A DNA stretch of 64,000 nt from an uncultured Planctomycetota bacterium. Its GTDB lineage: Bacteria; Planctomycetota; Planctomycetia; Isosphaerales; Isosphaeraceae. The stretch spans positions 5,888,001-5,952,000 of the forward strand of contig CAVTTN010000002.1 in the NCBI GenBank assembly GCA_963737655.1. Reading direction: 5' to 3'. The notes beneath the pieces are model-generated. The model did no database searches. It had not been told where the DNA came from and was given only the letters and a program-made list of their open reading frames with translations. Made by a program: the position numbers and the translations under genes. This document shows positions 29,974-39,382 of this stretch, piece after piece; positions within the stretch are counted from its first letter, which is position 1, and each line of letters begins with the position of its first letter.

Positions 29974-30859
29974 ACGCGTAGCCTCTCTTCCTGCCGGACG
30001 GCGACCTCCGCGGGGGCGCCGAGGATCGGCGAGCCGACCGCCTCCGCCCTGCGTACCGGAGGGGCCGTGCCGGGATCGGGGTGGACGCGGCGTCCACGCC
30101 CGGGGAGGCTACACGTCATCGATCTCGGCGTCGCTCTCCAGTCGGTGGTACCCGGCCGGGGGCGTGGCGTCGTCCTCGTCGGGGCCCTCGCCGAGGGTGA
30201 TGATGTAGCCGGCCGGGCCGGCCTCGGTGATGTCCTCGGCCCGGCTCATCTCGTCGTCAGGGCAGGAGCCGGGGGCGTTCGGGTCGTCAACGCTCATGTT
30301 CGGCCACCTCCGCCGGGTAGGCTCGTCCGGACTCTTCGGGGCCTCGGGAGTCGGCGGGAATACCTCTCCCCGGCCCTCCCGGATTCTACGCCACCCGATG
30401 GCCCCGCCCCCGGGCCCCCGACCCGAACTCGGGCCTCGACCGATGGGGGCGGAGCGAGCGGCCGTGGACGCCGCGTCCACGCGCGGCGGGGCGGCCGGGT
30501 CGTGGAGAACCCACGCCACCGGGCGTCAGGGTCCCTGTGGCCGCTTCGCGAGCCGATCGCCTGCCCCGAGGGCCGGCGACCGGCAAGAACCCTGAAATCG
30601 CTCCCGGGCCGCGCCCTCGCCGTGCCCCGACAACGCACGGGCCTTGGCGCATCGGCGGACCGACAAACGCCTGGCGTCGCCCGGTCGGCGGCGTTAGGAT
30701 TCGGCGGGCGACGGGAATACGCTCTCGACGACGGGGCCTCCCGGCTCGTCGTGCGTCGGCGTCCCCGGCCCCTTGACCGAACCCCAGGTCCCGAGGCGAT
30801 GCCGCCTCGGCGGGGACCGAGCGATGAGGTTCAACAGGCGCCCGCTCAATCAGTGCCGA

Positions 30860-32130
30860 TGACCTGCCCCCGAATTCTGGTCCAGGGGTTATGAGAGTGC
30901 GGGGTTAGGGATCGTCACGGCCTCGGCCGGGGGGAGCGGAGCGACCCCCGGCTTGATCTGGGCCGCTGCGTACTCCGCCGGGGTCCGATTCCCCAGCGAG
31001 CGATGCGGCCTCCGGTGGTTGTAGTCCAGGCGATGATCTTCGAGGATCATCTTCGCCTCCTTCAGCGTCTCGAACGTCTCTCGGTCCAGCAGCTCGTCCC
31101 TCAGCCGGCTGTTGAACGTCTCGCTGTAGGCGTTCTCCCACGGGCTCCCCGGGGCGATGTACAAGGTCTTCGCCCCACGGCCGGCCAGCCAGCCCCTCGC
31201 CGCCTCGGCGATGAACTCCGGCCCGTTATCGCCGCGGATGAACTCCGGCTCGCCCCGGACCTCGAACAGGGACTCCAGGGTAGATACCACATCCTTCGCC
31301 GTCAGGTGCCGCTCGACCTCGATCGTCAGGCATTCCCTCGTGTACTCATCGACGATCGGCAGCATCTTCAGGCCCCTCCCGTCGGCGGTCTGGTCGTGGA
31401 TGAAGTCGTAGCTCCAGACGTGGTCGGGTCGCTCGGATCGCCGACGGGTGCAGCCGTTCTCGCTCTGCCCCAGACGGCGACGTTTCCTCCGGATCTGCGG
31501 CACCTTGAGGCCTCCTCGACGCCAGAGCCGATGCACCCGCTTGAGGTTGACCGACCACCCCTGCCGCACGAGCAGGGCCTTGATCCGACGGTAACCGTAG
31601 CGGGGGTTCCCTCGGGCCAACTCCCTGATCCGCAACAACAACTCTCCCTCTGGTCCTCGTTCGGTCCCGATGTACCGCCGGGTCGATCGGGGCACGCCCA
31701 GGGCCCGACAAGCCCGACGCTCGGAGATCTTGAACGAGGCCATCGCACGGGCGACGGCTTCCCGCCTCCGGGTCGGGCTCGACGAGTTTCCCCGGGCGGC
31801 CTCCTTGAGGATCGCCTTGTCCAGGGCCAGGTCGGCCACCAGGGCCTTGAGCCGGGCGTTCTCCTTCTCCAGCTCCTTGAGGCGTTTCATCTCGTCGGAT
31901 TTGATGCCGCCGAACTGGCTCCGCCAGCGGTAGTAGGTGTTCTCGGCGATGCCCAGGGCCTTGCAGATCTCGGGGACGGCGACTCCCTTGGCCAACTCGT
32001 CGTCGGCCTCGCGGAGCTTGCGGATGATCTGCTCGGGCGAGTGGCGGATGCGCTTCATGGTGAGTCCTCCTGCCCTGGCGGGCGAGAATGGCTCTCATAC
32101 CAGATGGACCAACCCAGGGGGAGCAGGCCA
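30860..32130 (-). mobile_element. IS3-family insertion sequence
   Basis: IRs TGACCTGCCCCCGAATTCTGGTCCA / TGGCCTGCTCCCCCTGGGTTGGTCCA; no target duplication seen. Confidence 0.92.
30889..32058 (-). CDS. IS3 transposase, OrfA-OrfB in a single frame
   Basis: HSPEQIIRKLREA HTH; WSYDF, IRGDNGPEF, PWENAYSETFN DDE motifs. Confidence 0.93.
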   Translation of the reverse strand: MKRIRHSPEQIIRKLREADDELAKGVAVPEICKALGIAENTYYRWRSQFGGIKSDEMKRLKELEKENARLKALVADLALDKAILKEAARGNSSSPTRRREAVARAMASFKISERRACRALGVPRSTRRYIGTERGPEGELLLRIRELARGNPRYGYRRIKALLVRQGWSVNLKRVHRLWRRGGLKVPQIRRKRRRLGQSENGCTRRRSERPDHVWSYDFIHDQTADGRGLKMLPIVDEYTRECLTIEVERHLTAKDVVSTLESLFEVRGEPEFIRGDNGPEFIAEAARGWLAGRGAKTLYIAPGSPWENAYSETFNSRLRDELLDRETFETLKEAKMILEDHRLDYNHRRPHRSLGNRTPAEYAAAQIKPGVAPLPPAEAVTIPNPALS

Positions 32131-33690
32131 GTGGCGACCGCCCCCCTGCCGGCGGCCCTCGCCGGGGCGACGGCCTCCGCCTCGCCGGGCACGTCCTCGC
32201 TCTCCGGGGGCGTGTTCACCGCCTCCGTCCCGATCCTCCCAGCCGGCGGGTCGTTCGCCGTGACGATCTCGGGGACGGCGATGGCCGGCGGGGCGATCGA
32301 GGGCACGCTCTCCGCGACCTCCGCCATCGCCGACCCGGACCCGACGAACGACTCGGCCACCGCGTCGGTCCTCGTCGAGCGGGCGGCGACCTCGACGACC
32401 CTGACGACGGCCCCCGACCCCTCCGCGATCGGCTCGACGGCCCGGCTCACGGCGGTCGTCTCCGGAGCGGTCGGGGGGCCGGCGCCGGGCGGCTCGGTGG
32501 CCTTCTCGGTCGATGGCGAACTGGCGGCGACGGTCCCGGTCACGGCGTCCCCCGGCGGCTCTTCGGCCTCGGCCGTGTTCTCGACGTTGGCGCTCGGCGT
32601 CGGTTCGCATCGCCTGACCGCCTCCTATTCGGGAGATGCCGACGATGACCCGAGCGACTCGTCGGCCCCGCTGACCGTCGAGCCGGCCGCTACGACGAAC
32701 CGCCTCGCCGCGGATCCCTCGGCCCCGGCCTTCGGCTCGCCCGTGACGTTCACGGCGACGGTCTCGGGGCCGGTGGCGCCGTCGGGCGCGGTGACCTTCT
32801 CGATCGACGGCTCCGCGGCGGCGACGGTCCCGCTGGCGGCGTCCGGGGGAGGAGCCTCGTTCACGACCTCGGCCCTGGGCGTGGGGGCGCATCAAATCGT
32901 CGCGACCTACTGCGGCGACGCCGAACTCGTTGCGAGTGCCTCGGAGGCCGACGCCGTGGACGTGGGCCGGGCGGCGAGCGCCGCCGTCGCCGCGACGCCC
33001 GCCCCGGCCGGCTCGCCCGTGACGCTCTGGGCGACGGTCTCCGGCCCGGCGCCGCCGACGGGGTCCGTGGCGTTCTTCGACGGCACGACGGCCCTGGGGG
33101 CCGCGGCGCTCGGCCCCGACGGCCGGGCCCTGCTGGTCGTCCCGTCGCTGGCGCCGGGGGGCCACTCGCTGACGGCGGCCTACGGGGGCGACGCGGACCT
33201 GCAGCCGGCGGCCTCGGCCCCGGTGGCCCTGGACGTCGAGGAGCCCCTATCGCCGCCGGGCGAGTCGCAGAGGCCGGCGCCGTCCGGGGCGGCCCCGCGG
33301 GTCGTCCTGGTCCAGCGGTTTGGTGTCGCCGGCCGGCTGACGGCCGTGGAGCTGACTTTCAGCGGGCCGCTCGACCCGTCGCGGGCGGGGGAACTCGCCA
33401 ATTACCGGATCGCCGGACCCCGCGGCCGGCCGATCCGGATCGCCTCGGCCGTCGTCTCGGCCGACGGCACGACGATCACCCTGACGCCGGTGCAGCGGGT
33501 CGTGGTGCGGCCGCTCCTCCGGCTGGAGGTGGTCGGGGCCCGGTCCTCGGGCCTGGCCTCGGCCTCGGCCTCGGCCTCGGGGGCCGCCCTCGACGGCCGG
33601 GGCGACGGCTCGCCCGGTTCGGACTACTCGACCACGATCACGGCGAGGGACCTGGTCCGGCCGCCGGCGGAGTCGTCGCGGGCTCGCCGT
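32131..33690 (+). pseudogene. 5'-truncated surface protein: DUF11-like + three Ig-like (Big_3) repeats (3' end unclear)
   Basis: DPDPTNDSATAS; repeated G.V.F..DG...LGVG.H.LTA.YSGD; begins at the IS3 end with no start codon. Confidence 0.75.
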
Positions 33691-36416
33691 CACGTCGGTC
33701 CGGCTCGTCGCGCGGAGTCGAAGGCCCGGCCATCGGCCGCGGGCGTGAGCACGGGTCCTCTCGTCGGGGTCGATCCGAAGGGGCCCGGGCCGGCCCGAGG
33801 CTCGGCCCGATCAGGGTTCGAGTCGCCGGCCCTTGGGACCCGCTCAGCAGGCCCTCCCTCCGGCCGGTCCTTCGCCGAGGGGGCCGGGCCGGCGGGCCCG
33901 GATTCCGCGGGCGCCGGCCCCTTCGCCGGGGGGCGGGACTCATTGGCCTCGGCGGGCCCGGGCGTCTCTCCGCCCTCGGGGTGGGCCTCGGATCGCGGGC
34001 CCGCCGGGCCGAGTTTCCCGGCCGGCTCGTGGTGGGCCGCCGACCCGGTCGCCTCGCCCTCGCTCCCCTCGCCGGCGGCCGTCCCCCGGAACGCCTTCAG
34101 GCCGAGGCCCAGGGCCAGGAACAGCACAAGCAGGGCGGCCATCCCGCCGAAGAAGACCTTCATCGGGCCGGGGACCCCCTCCTCGCCCCTCCTCGATCCC
34201 AGGAGCATGACGAGCGGGGCGGCGAAGGCCACCGTCAGGGCCGAAGCCCCAACGAAGACGTGGCCGAAGCCGAACGACTCGCCCAGGATGTGGAACAGCT
34301 CCACCGAGTACACCGAGATCAGGAAGATCTCGATCCAGTGGAACGCCGACTGGACCTCGGCCACCGAGCGGATGTGCTCCTCGATCCTCTCGGTGTTCCG
34401 GGCCATCTCGGCGGCGCGGACCCGCTCGACGTCGACCGAGTTGGCGTCCCGGACCATCGCCACGACCTCGTCGAGGCGGAGCGCGTCGAAGAAGAGGCGC
34501 TGGAGCCGCCTCTCGGGCAAGACCAGGCCGGACTTCAGGCGGATCAGCCGCCTCATCAGGGCCTCGCCGCGGCGGACCCGGGCGTCCATCTGGTCGGCCC
34601 AGTCGTCCAGCCCGTGAGCGACCGGGGGCTCGTGGACCAGCGCCTCGGCGTCGCGGGCGATGGCCGTCCACTCCGCCAGGTCGGCGGCCATCGCCTCGGC
34701 GCGGGCCCGGGCCGGCTCCTTCATCGCGACGACGATCCCGCGGCGGCTCCAGACCCCCACGCCGTCGGCGTCGACGACCAGGTGGTGGTCGCGGAAGTCG
34801 CCCGGGGGCTCGGGCCCGTCGCGCCCCTCCAGCAGGGTCCAGAGCAGATGGCTGACCCGGAGCGCGACCTCCCCGCGGAGCGGGTCGGCGCCTCCGGCCA
34901 GGGCCACGTGGCCGAAGCGGTAGCAGCCCGGCGAGGGCGGGTCGGTCCGGGCGATCGCCTCCGCCAGGGCGTGGGCCCGTTCGCCCCGGTCCTCCACTCC
35001 GGTCGTCGCCGGGCGGTCGTGGATTGTCACGTCCGAGACCAGCGGGAGCTCCAGCTCGTCGCGGACGAGCTTGGCGATCGGGTCGTCCTCCAGCCCGGGG
35101 GACGTGCCGGGCGGTCCGATCAGGGACCCTCGGTTCGGGGTGGCGACGATCGTGCCGCCGTAGTTGCTGCCGTCGAACCAGGGGTCGACGAAGAACCCCT
35201 CGGAGCCGTCGGCCCGGCCCCCGAAGCCGGGCCTTGCCCGGCCCTCCAGGGGGGAGCCGGCCGGCGCCCGGACCTCCTCGGCCTGGAGCCGGGACCAGAC
35301 GTTGTAGAGGTGACGGCCGCCGGCGCGCTCCGGGTCGAGCGCGAAGAAGTACTCCGTCGAGTTCACCGGCGAGCCGGCCCGGCGGCCCGAGTAGGCGATC
35401 GCCGTGAACAGGAAGCCCTCGCCCGACGCCGAGCCCTCGGCGTCGCCCCGGGCCCACTCCTTGAACAGGAGGCATTCCGGGTCGCGGAGGTACAGGCCGT
35501 CGACCTGGCGCCTCCTCTGGTACGGCGGCTGGAGGTGGACCGGCCGGATCGAGCCGCCCTTCTTCAGCAGCGACTGGTTCAGGACCGCCGTGTACCATTC
35601 GCCGAACGGGACCGTGGAGTCCAGGAGCGTCACGGTCGCCTTCCTCGCCCGGCGGAGGTCGCGGCGGTAGGCCTCCACCTCGTGGTCCAGGAGCCGGAGC
35701 TCGGGGGCGAACTCGGCGCTTCCCTCCAGGACCGAGTCGGCCAGGGGGTCCAGGGCCCCGGGGCCGGCGTCGGCCAGGAGGCGGGCGACCTCGTCGAAGA
35801 AGCCGCAGGCGCCGTCGGCCGCGCCGTAGCCCCCGCCCCGGCGGTGGACCGCCGCGTAGAGGACCGAGTGGAGCGAGCGGTTCCCGGGGCATTTCAGGCG
35901 GCGGCAGTTGTCCACGAACGCGGCGTAAGAGGCCAGGAGCACCGGCCATCGCCTCTCCGACGGCCAGCCGTCGGTCTTCGGGCCGAACCAGTCGACCTCG
36001 CCCGCGCCGCCCAGCCAACCCTCGGGCCGGAGGCCGAAGTCGGGCCAGCCGTCGGCCGGGACCGCGCCGTCCATGAGCCGGCGGGCGAGGTACATGGCGC
36101 AGAAGGCGTCGAAATCGGGGTCGCGGTGGGTCACGAACCAGAAGTCCCCCTCCGCCTTCTGCCCCAGGGCCGCGACCTTCTCGGCATTGTGCAGGACCGC
36201 CGCGGCGGCCGAGGGGAACTGGCCGGCCTGGCGGAAGAAGTGGTGGTCCAAAACCGGCCGATCGACGCCGTCATGGCCCCAGCAGGCGCCGCCGACGTCC
36301 ACCGCCAGCTCGTTGTCGTGGAGCGTCGCCGGGTCGAAGGTGCCCTCGATCCGTGACCGTCCCCGGGCTTCGTGGAAGTATGTCCCGTATCCGACATAGC
36401 GATAGCGAGGTCTCAT
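33690..36416 (-). CDS. Permuted DHH-type phosphoesterase fused to a CorA-like helical/TM C-terminus
   Basis: AVDVGG...VLDHH...SAAAAV precede FVTHRDPDFDAFCAMYL; long helical stalk then three hydrophobic segments; ATGA overlap with the upstream gene. Confidence 0.65.
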   Translation of the reverse strand: MRPRYRYVGYGTYFHEARGRSRIEGTFDPATLHDNELAVDVGGACWGHDGVDRPVLDHHFFRQAGQFPSAAAAVLHNAEKVAALGQKAEGDFWFVTHRDPDFDAFCAMYLARRLMDGAVPADGWPDFGLRPEGWLGGAGEVDWFGPKTDGWPSERRWPVLLASYAAFVDNCRRLKCPGNRSLHSVLYAAVHRRGGGYGAADGACGFFDEVARLLADAGPGALDPLADSVLEGSAEFAPELRLLDHEVEAYRRDLRRARKATVTLLDSTVPFGEWYTAVLNQSLLKKGGSIRPVHLQPPYQRRRQVDGLYLRDPECLLFKEWARGDAEGSASGEGFLFTAIAYSGRRAGSPVNSTEYFFALDPERAGGRHLYNVWSRLQAEEVRAPAGSPLEGRARPGFGGRADGSEGFFVDPWFDGSNYGGTIVATPNRGSLIGPPGTSPGLEDDPIAKLVRDELELPLVSDVTIHDRPATTGVEDRGERAHALAEAIARTDPPSPGCYRFGHVALAGGADPLRGEVALRVSHLLWTLLEGRDGPEPPGDFRDHHLVVDADGVGVWSRRGIVVAMKEPARARAEAMAADLAEWTAIARDAEALVHEPPVAHGLDDWADQMDARVRRGEALMRRLIRLKSGLVLPERRLQRLFFDALRLDEVVAMVRDANSVDVERVRAAEMARNTERIEEHIRSVAEVQSAFHWIEIFLISVYSVELFHILGESFGFGHVFVGASALTVAFAAPLVMLLGSRRGEEGVPGPMKVFFGGMAALLVLFLALGLGLKAFRGTAAGEGSEGEATGSAAHHEPAGKLGPAGPRSEAHPEGGETPGPAEANESRPPAKGPAPAESGPAGPAPSAKDRPEGGPAERVPRAGDSNPDRAEPRAGPGPFGSTPTRGPVLTPAADGRAFDSARRAGPT

Positions 36417-39325
36417 CGGCCGGTCTCCTCGATTCGGTCCGCCGCACCAACCGACCCATCCGGCCCGCCGGGGCCGGCGTCGCGGCCCCATTCCAGGACC
36501 TCGTCGAGCGAGGGCGGGCCGTCGCCCAGGGCCGCCCTCCGGACGCACTCGTCCAGGAACCGGGGGCGGAGCGGCCGGACCCTCCCCGGGAGCGATGTGG
36601 CCCCGCCCTCGGCGAGCTTCGAGAGCAGGCGGTCGAAGGCCGCCGACCAGGCGGCCCGGTCCTTCCTCCGGCCGTCGCCGGCCCGGGCGAGCTCCCCGTT
36701 CCGGGCGTGGAGGGCCAGGAGGAGCAGGTCGAGCGCGCCGAGCAGGGGGAAGCTCGTGTCGTCCTCGGGGCCTCGCGAGGCCAGGCGGTCGGCCAGGCCG
36801 TGGAGGACCAGCAGCGGGAAGTCCTCGCCGAACCCCTCGGGACCCGGGCCGAAGAGGCGGCCGAACGCCTCCTCGTCCGATCGGGGCAGAGGCCCCCTCT
36901 CCAGGGCCCCGGCGAGCTCCTCCGCCCGCCCGGAGCGGTCCTTCAGGTCCCGGGCGAGGTCGTGGTGGTGGAGGTGGCGGAGGATCAGCCGGCGGACCCT
37001 CACCCCGTCGCCCGGCCCGGCCCGGCCGCATGACGGGCAGGCCGCCTCGCCCTCGGGGCCGGTCTCGATCAGCGCCACCCGGCAGGCCGGGCAGTCGCGG
37101 CCGAAGAGGCGGGCGAGCGTCGGCTCGACCACCTGGAGGCCGTACGCTTCATGCCCCTGGAAGACGACCTTCAGCCCCCGGCCCGTCGGCTTCACCGCCC
37201 TCGTCCCGGGCTTGCCGACGTCGTGGAAAAGGGCCGCCCACTTCAGCACCGACGCCCCCGGCCCGGCCGTCGCGGCGGCGATTGCGGCCCCGACCTCCGC
37301 GTGATGGGGCCGGATCAGGTCGCGAAGGGCCGAGGCCCGGGCCTCCTGGGCCTCGCGGTTCGGAGGAGGGCCGCTGGCGACCGGCGGGAAGTCCAGGCCC
37401 GAGTCGGCCAGCGCTCGCGCCACGGGGCCGTCGAGCGACTCGGGGTTGAGCAGGCCGGCGAGGGGGGCGGCGAGGAGGGCCTCGGCGTAGGCCAGCGTGA
37501 GCAAGGAGTGATCGAGGACGTCCAGGTGGTGGACGGGGCTCTGGAGGACCCCGCGGGTCGCGGCCAGGGGGGCGAGGGCCCGGCGGCCGTCGCCGCGGTC
37601 GAGGGCGTAGCGGACGCGTCCCGCGGCGCCGGGGGCGTCGAGCCATCGGGGCGAGAGGAGCCGGCGGTGGTCCATCGGCTCGGCCCGGCGGTCGTAAGGG
37701 GCCCGGCCGAGGATGCGGTCCAGGGCGGCCTCCAGGACCCACGCCAGGCCGAGCAGGAGCCGGTAGTTCATCGGGGGGGCCGCCCCGGGTCGGCCGGCGA
37801 ACGGCAGGAGCCCGAGGACCGACAGGTACAGCACCGCGAGGTAGTCGCGACGGTCGGGCGAGCCGACCAGGCCGTGGGGGGCGGCCAGGGCCCGGAGGTG
37901 GGCGATCGAGTGGGCGAGCTTCATGAGGTCGTCGGGGTCGGCGCCGAGCCCCTCGGCCAGGGGGCGGACGCCCTCCAGCCCGCCCTCGACCCCGAGCGCA
38001 TGGTCGAGCAGGATCGCCTCGAACGCCTCGGCCGCGCCCTCGACGTCCTCGCCGCCGGTTCGGAGCGGGAGGCACCAGAGCCGGAGGTTCGCCTCCAGGT
38101 GGGCGAAGTCGGCCAGGGCCGGGCCGGGCCCGGTGTGCTCGAAGTCGATCAGCCAGAAGTCGTCCCCCGAGCCCAGGGCGTTCCTCGGGTTGAGGTCGCC
38201 GTGGATCAGGGAGAACTTCGCGGGGACCTCGCCGAGCCGGTGCAGGAGGCCGTCCCCGCGGCCGAGGAGGTGGTCCTTCAGGTGCTCGCCCCGGACGAAC
38301 GCCGTGTCCCACATCAGCCCGGCCGAGAACTCCCGCCGCCCCCGGAGGCCGCCCTCGCCCCGAGGCCGTGCGAGGTCGTACTTGCCGAACAGGAGCCACG
38401 GGGGCCGGTCCCCCGGGACCTCGGGCCCGGGCGGGGCGAAGGCGCGTTGCCACCGTTTCAGGGGGAGCGTCCGGCCCGGGGAGTGCCAGGGGGCGAGGTT
38501 CGCGAACACCCGGCCAATCATCCGTCCGCAGGTCTCCGGCTCCGAGGCCCCGCGGATCCGGTGCTCCAACGACTCGGCCCGGACCAGGTCGCCGCCGAGG
38601 AACGAGCTGATCACGGTCGCCTCGCCGACCCCCGCCGGCCCCTCGCCGACCGGCCGGACCTCCAGGACCTCCTCCGGGCGGGCGAGGAAGGGATGGAGCC
38701 GGTCTTCCAGATAAAGCCGGGACCGCTCCCACTCGCGAAGGACGTCCCGCGCCCGCCCCGTCTTGACCAGGAGGCAAGACCCCCAGGCCCCCCCGAGGAC
38801 GTCCCCGTCCTCCTCGACCCGGGCCCGCAACCTCGGGCGGACGACCAGCACCTCGGACCCGGAATACCCCCCACCGAACCGCTTCAGCGCCACGACCTCC
38901 TCATAACGCCGCCACGCCCGCCAGAGCAAGGCCGCCCGGGCCTGGGGACGAAGCCCGACCCCGGACCGACCGCCACCCATCAAGGCCGAGCCGATCCGGC
39001 ACCGGGTCCGCCGCACCACGACCCGGAGAGGCACACACTCCCCCCCATCCCGATCCCGAACCCCGACGACGGCCTCATCGTCCTCCCCATCCCCCTCGGG
39101 AAACTCCACGACCAGCCGGACCCCATCCCCCTCCCTCCCCAGCGAGACGACCCGGCAAGGCCCGGCCTCCACTTCGGCCGTCAGGCGAAGGGGCGAACCC
39201 GGTGGAAGGACCAGAGGGAGGGCCAGCGCGAGCCGAGGGCCGTCCGAGTCCCGCGCCAGGGCGAACCGGGCGGTCGCCCTCGCCCCCCCACCGGGATCAT
39301 CGCTCGCGGCCAGCCCATCGATCAT
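36413..39325 (-). CDS. APH/kinase-like phosphotransferase fused to HD phosphohydrolase with Zn-ribbon insert
   Basis: GGGYSGSEVL, LLVKTG, LIHGDLNPRN, WLIDFEH; HHLDVLDHS...LFHDVGKP...FQGHE...LADRLAS; CPAC...CPSC. Confidence 0.8.
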   Translation of the reverse strand: MIDGLAASDDPGGGARATARFALARDSDGPRLALALPLVLPPGSPLRLTAEVEAGPCRVVSLGREGDGVRLVVEFPEGDGEDDEAVVGVRDRDGGECVPLRVVVRRTRCRIGSALMGGGRSGVGLRPQARAALLWRAWRRYEEVVALKRFGGGYSGSEVLVVRPRLRARVEEDGDVLGGAWGSCLLVKTGRARDVLREWERSRLYLEDRLHPFLARPEEVLEVRPVGEGPAGVGEATVISSFLGGDLVRAESLEHRIRGASEPETCGRMIGRVFANLAPWHSPGRTLPLKRWQRAFAPPGPEVPGDRPPWLLFGKYDLARPRGEGGLRGRREFSAGLMWDTAFVRGEHLKDHLLGRGDGLLHRLGEVPAKFSLIHGDLNPRNALGSGDDFWLIDFEHTGPGPALADFAHLEANLRLWCLPLRTGGEDVEGAAEAFEAILLDHALGVEGGLEGVRPLAEGLGADPDDLMKLAHSIAHLRALAAPHGLVGSPDRRDYLAVLYLSVLGLLPFAGRPGAAPPMNYRLLLGLAWVLEAALDRILGRAPYDRRAEPMDHRRLLSPRWLDAPGAAGRVRYALDRGDGRRALAPLAATRGVLQSPVHHLDVLDHSLLTLAYAEALLAAPLAGLLNPESLDGPVARALADSGLDFPPVASGPPPNREAQEARASALRDLIRPHHAEVGAAIAAATAGPGASVLKWAALFHDVGKPGTRAVKPTGRGLKVVFQGHEAYGLQVVEPTLARLFGRDCPACRVALIETGPEGEAACPSCGRAGPGDGVRVRRLILRHLHHHDLARDLKDRSGRAEELAGALERGPLPRSDEEAFGRLFGPGPEGFGEDFPLLVLHGLADRLASRGPEDDTSFPLLGALDLLLLALHARNGELARAGDGRRKDRAAWSAAFDRLLSKLAEGGATSLPGRVRPLRPRFLDECVRRAALGDGPPSLDEVLEWGRDAGPGGPDGSVGAADRIEETGR

Positions 39326-39382
39326 CGCCCCGCCCTCCGAATCCGCCGTGATCGGTCGCACACCCCGCCGGGGATCGATCGC

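Noticed and set aside
31003..34617. 1204-aa plus-strand ORF
   Set aside because: Chimera of IS3 antisense, the truncated Ig-repeat gene and antisense of the DHH gene
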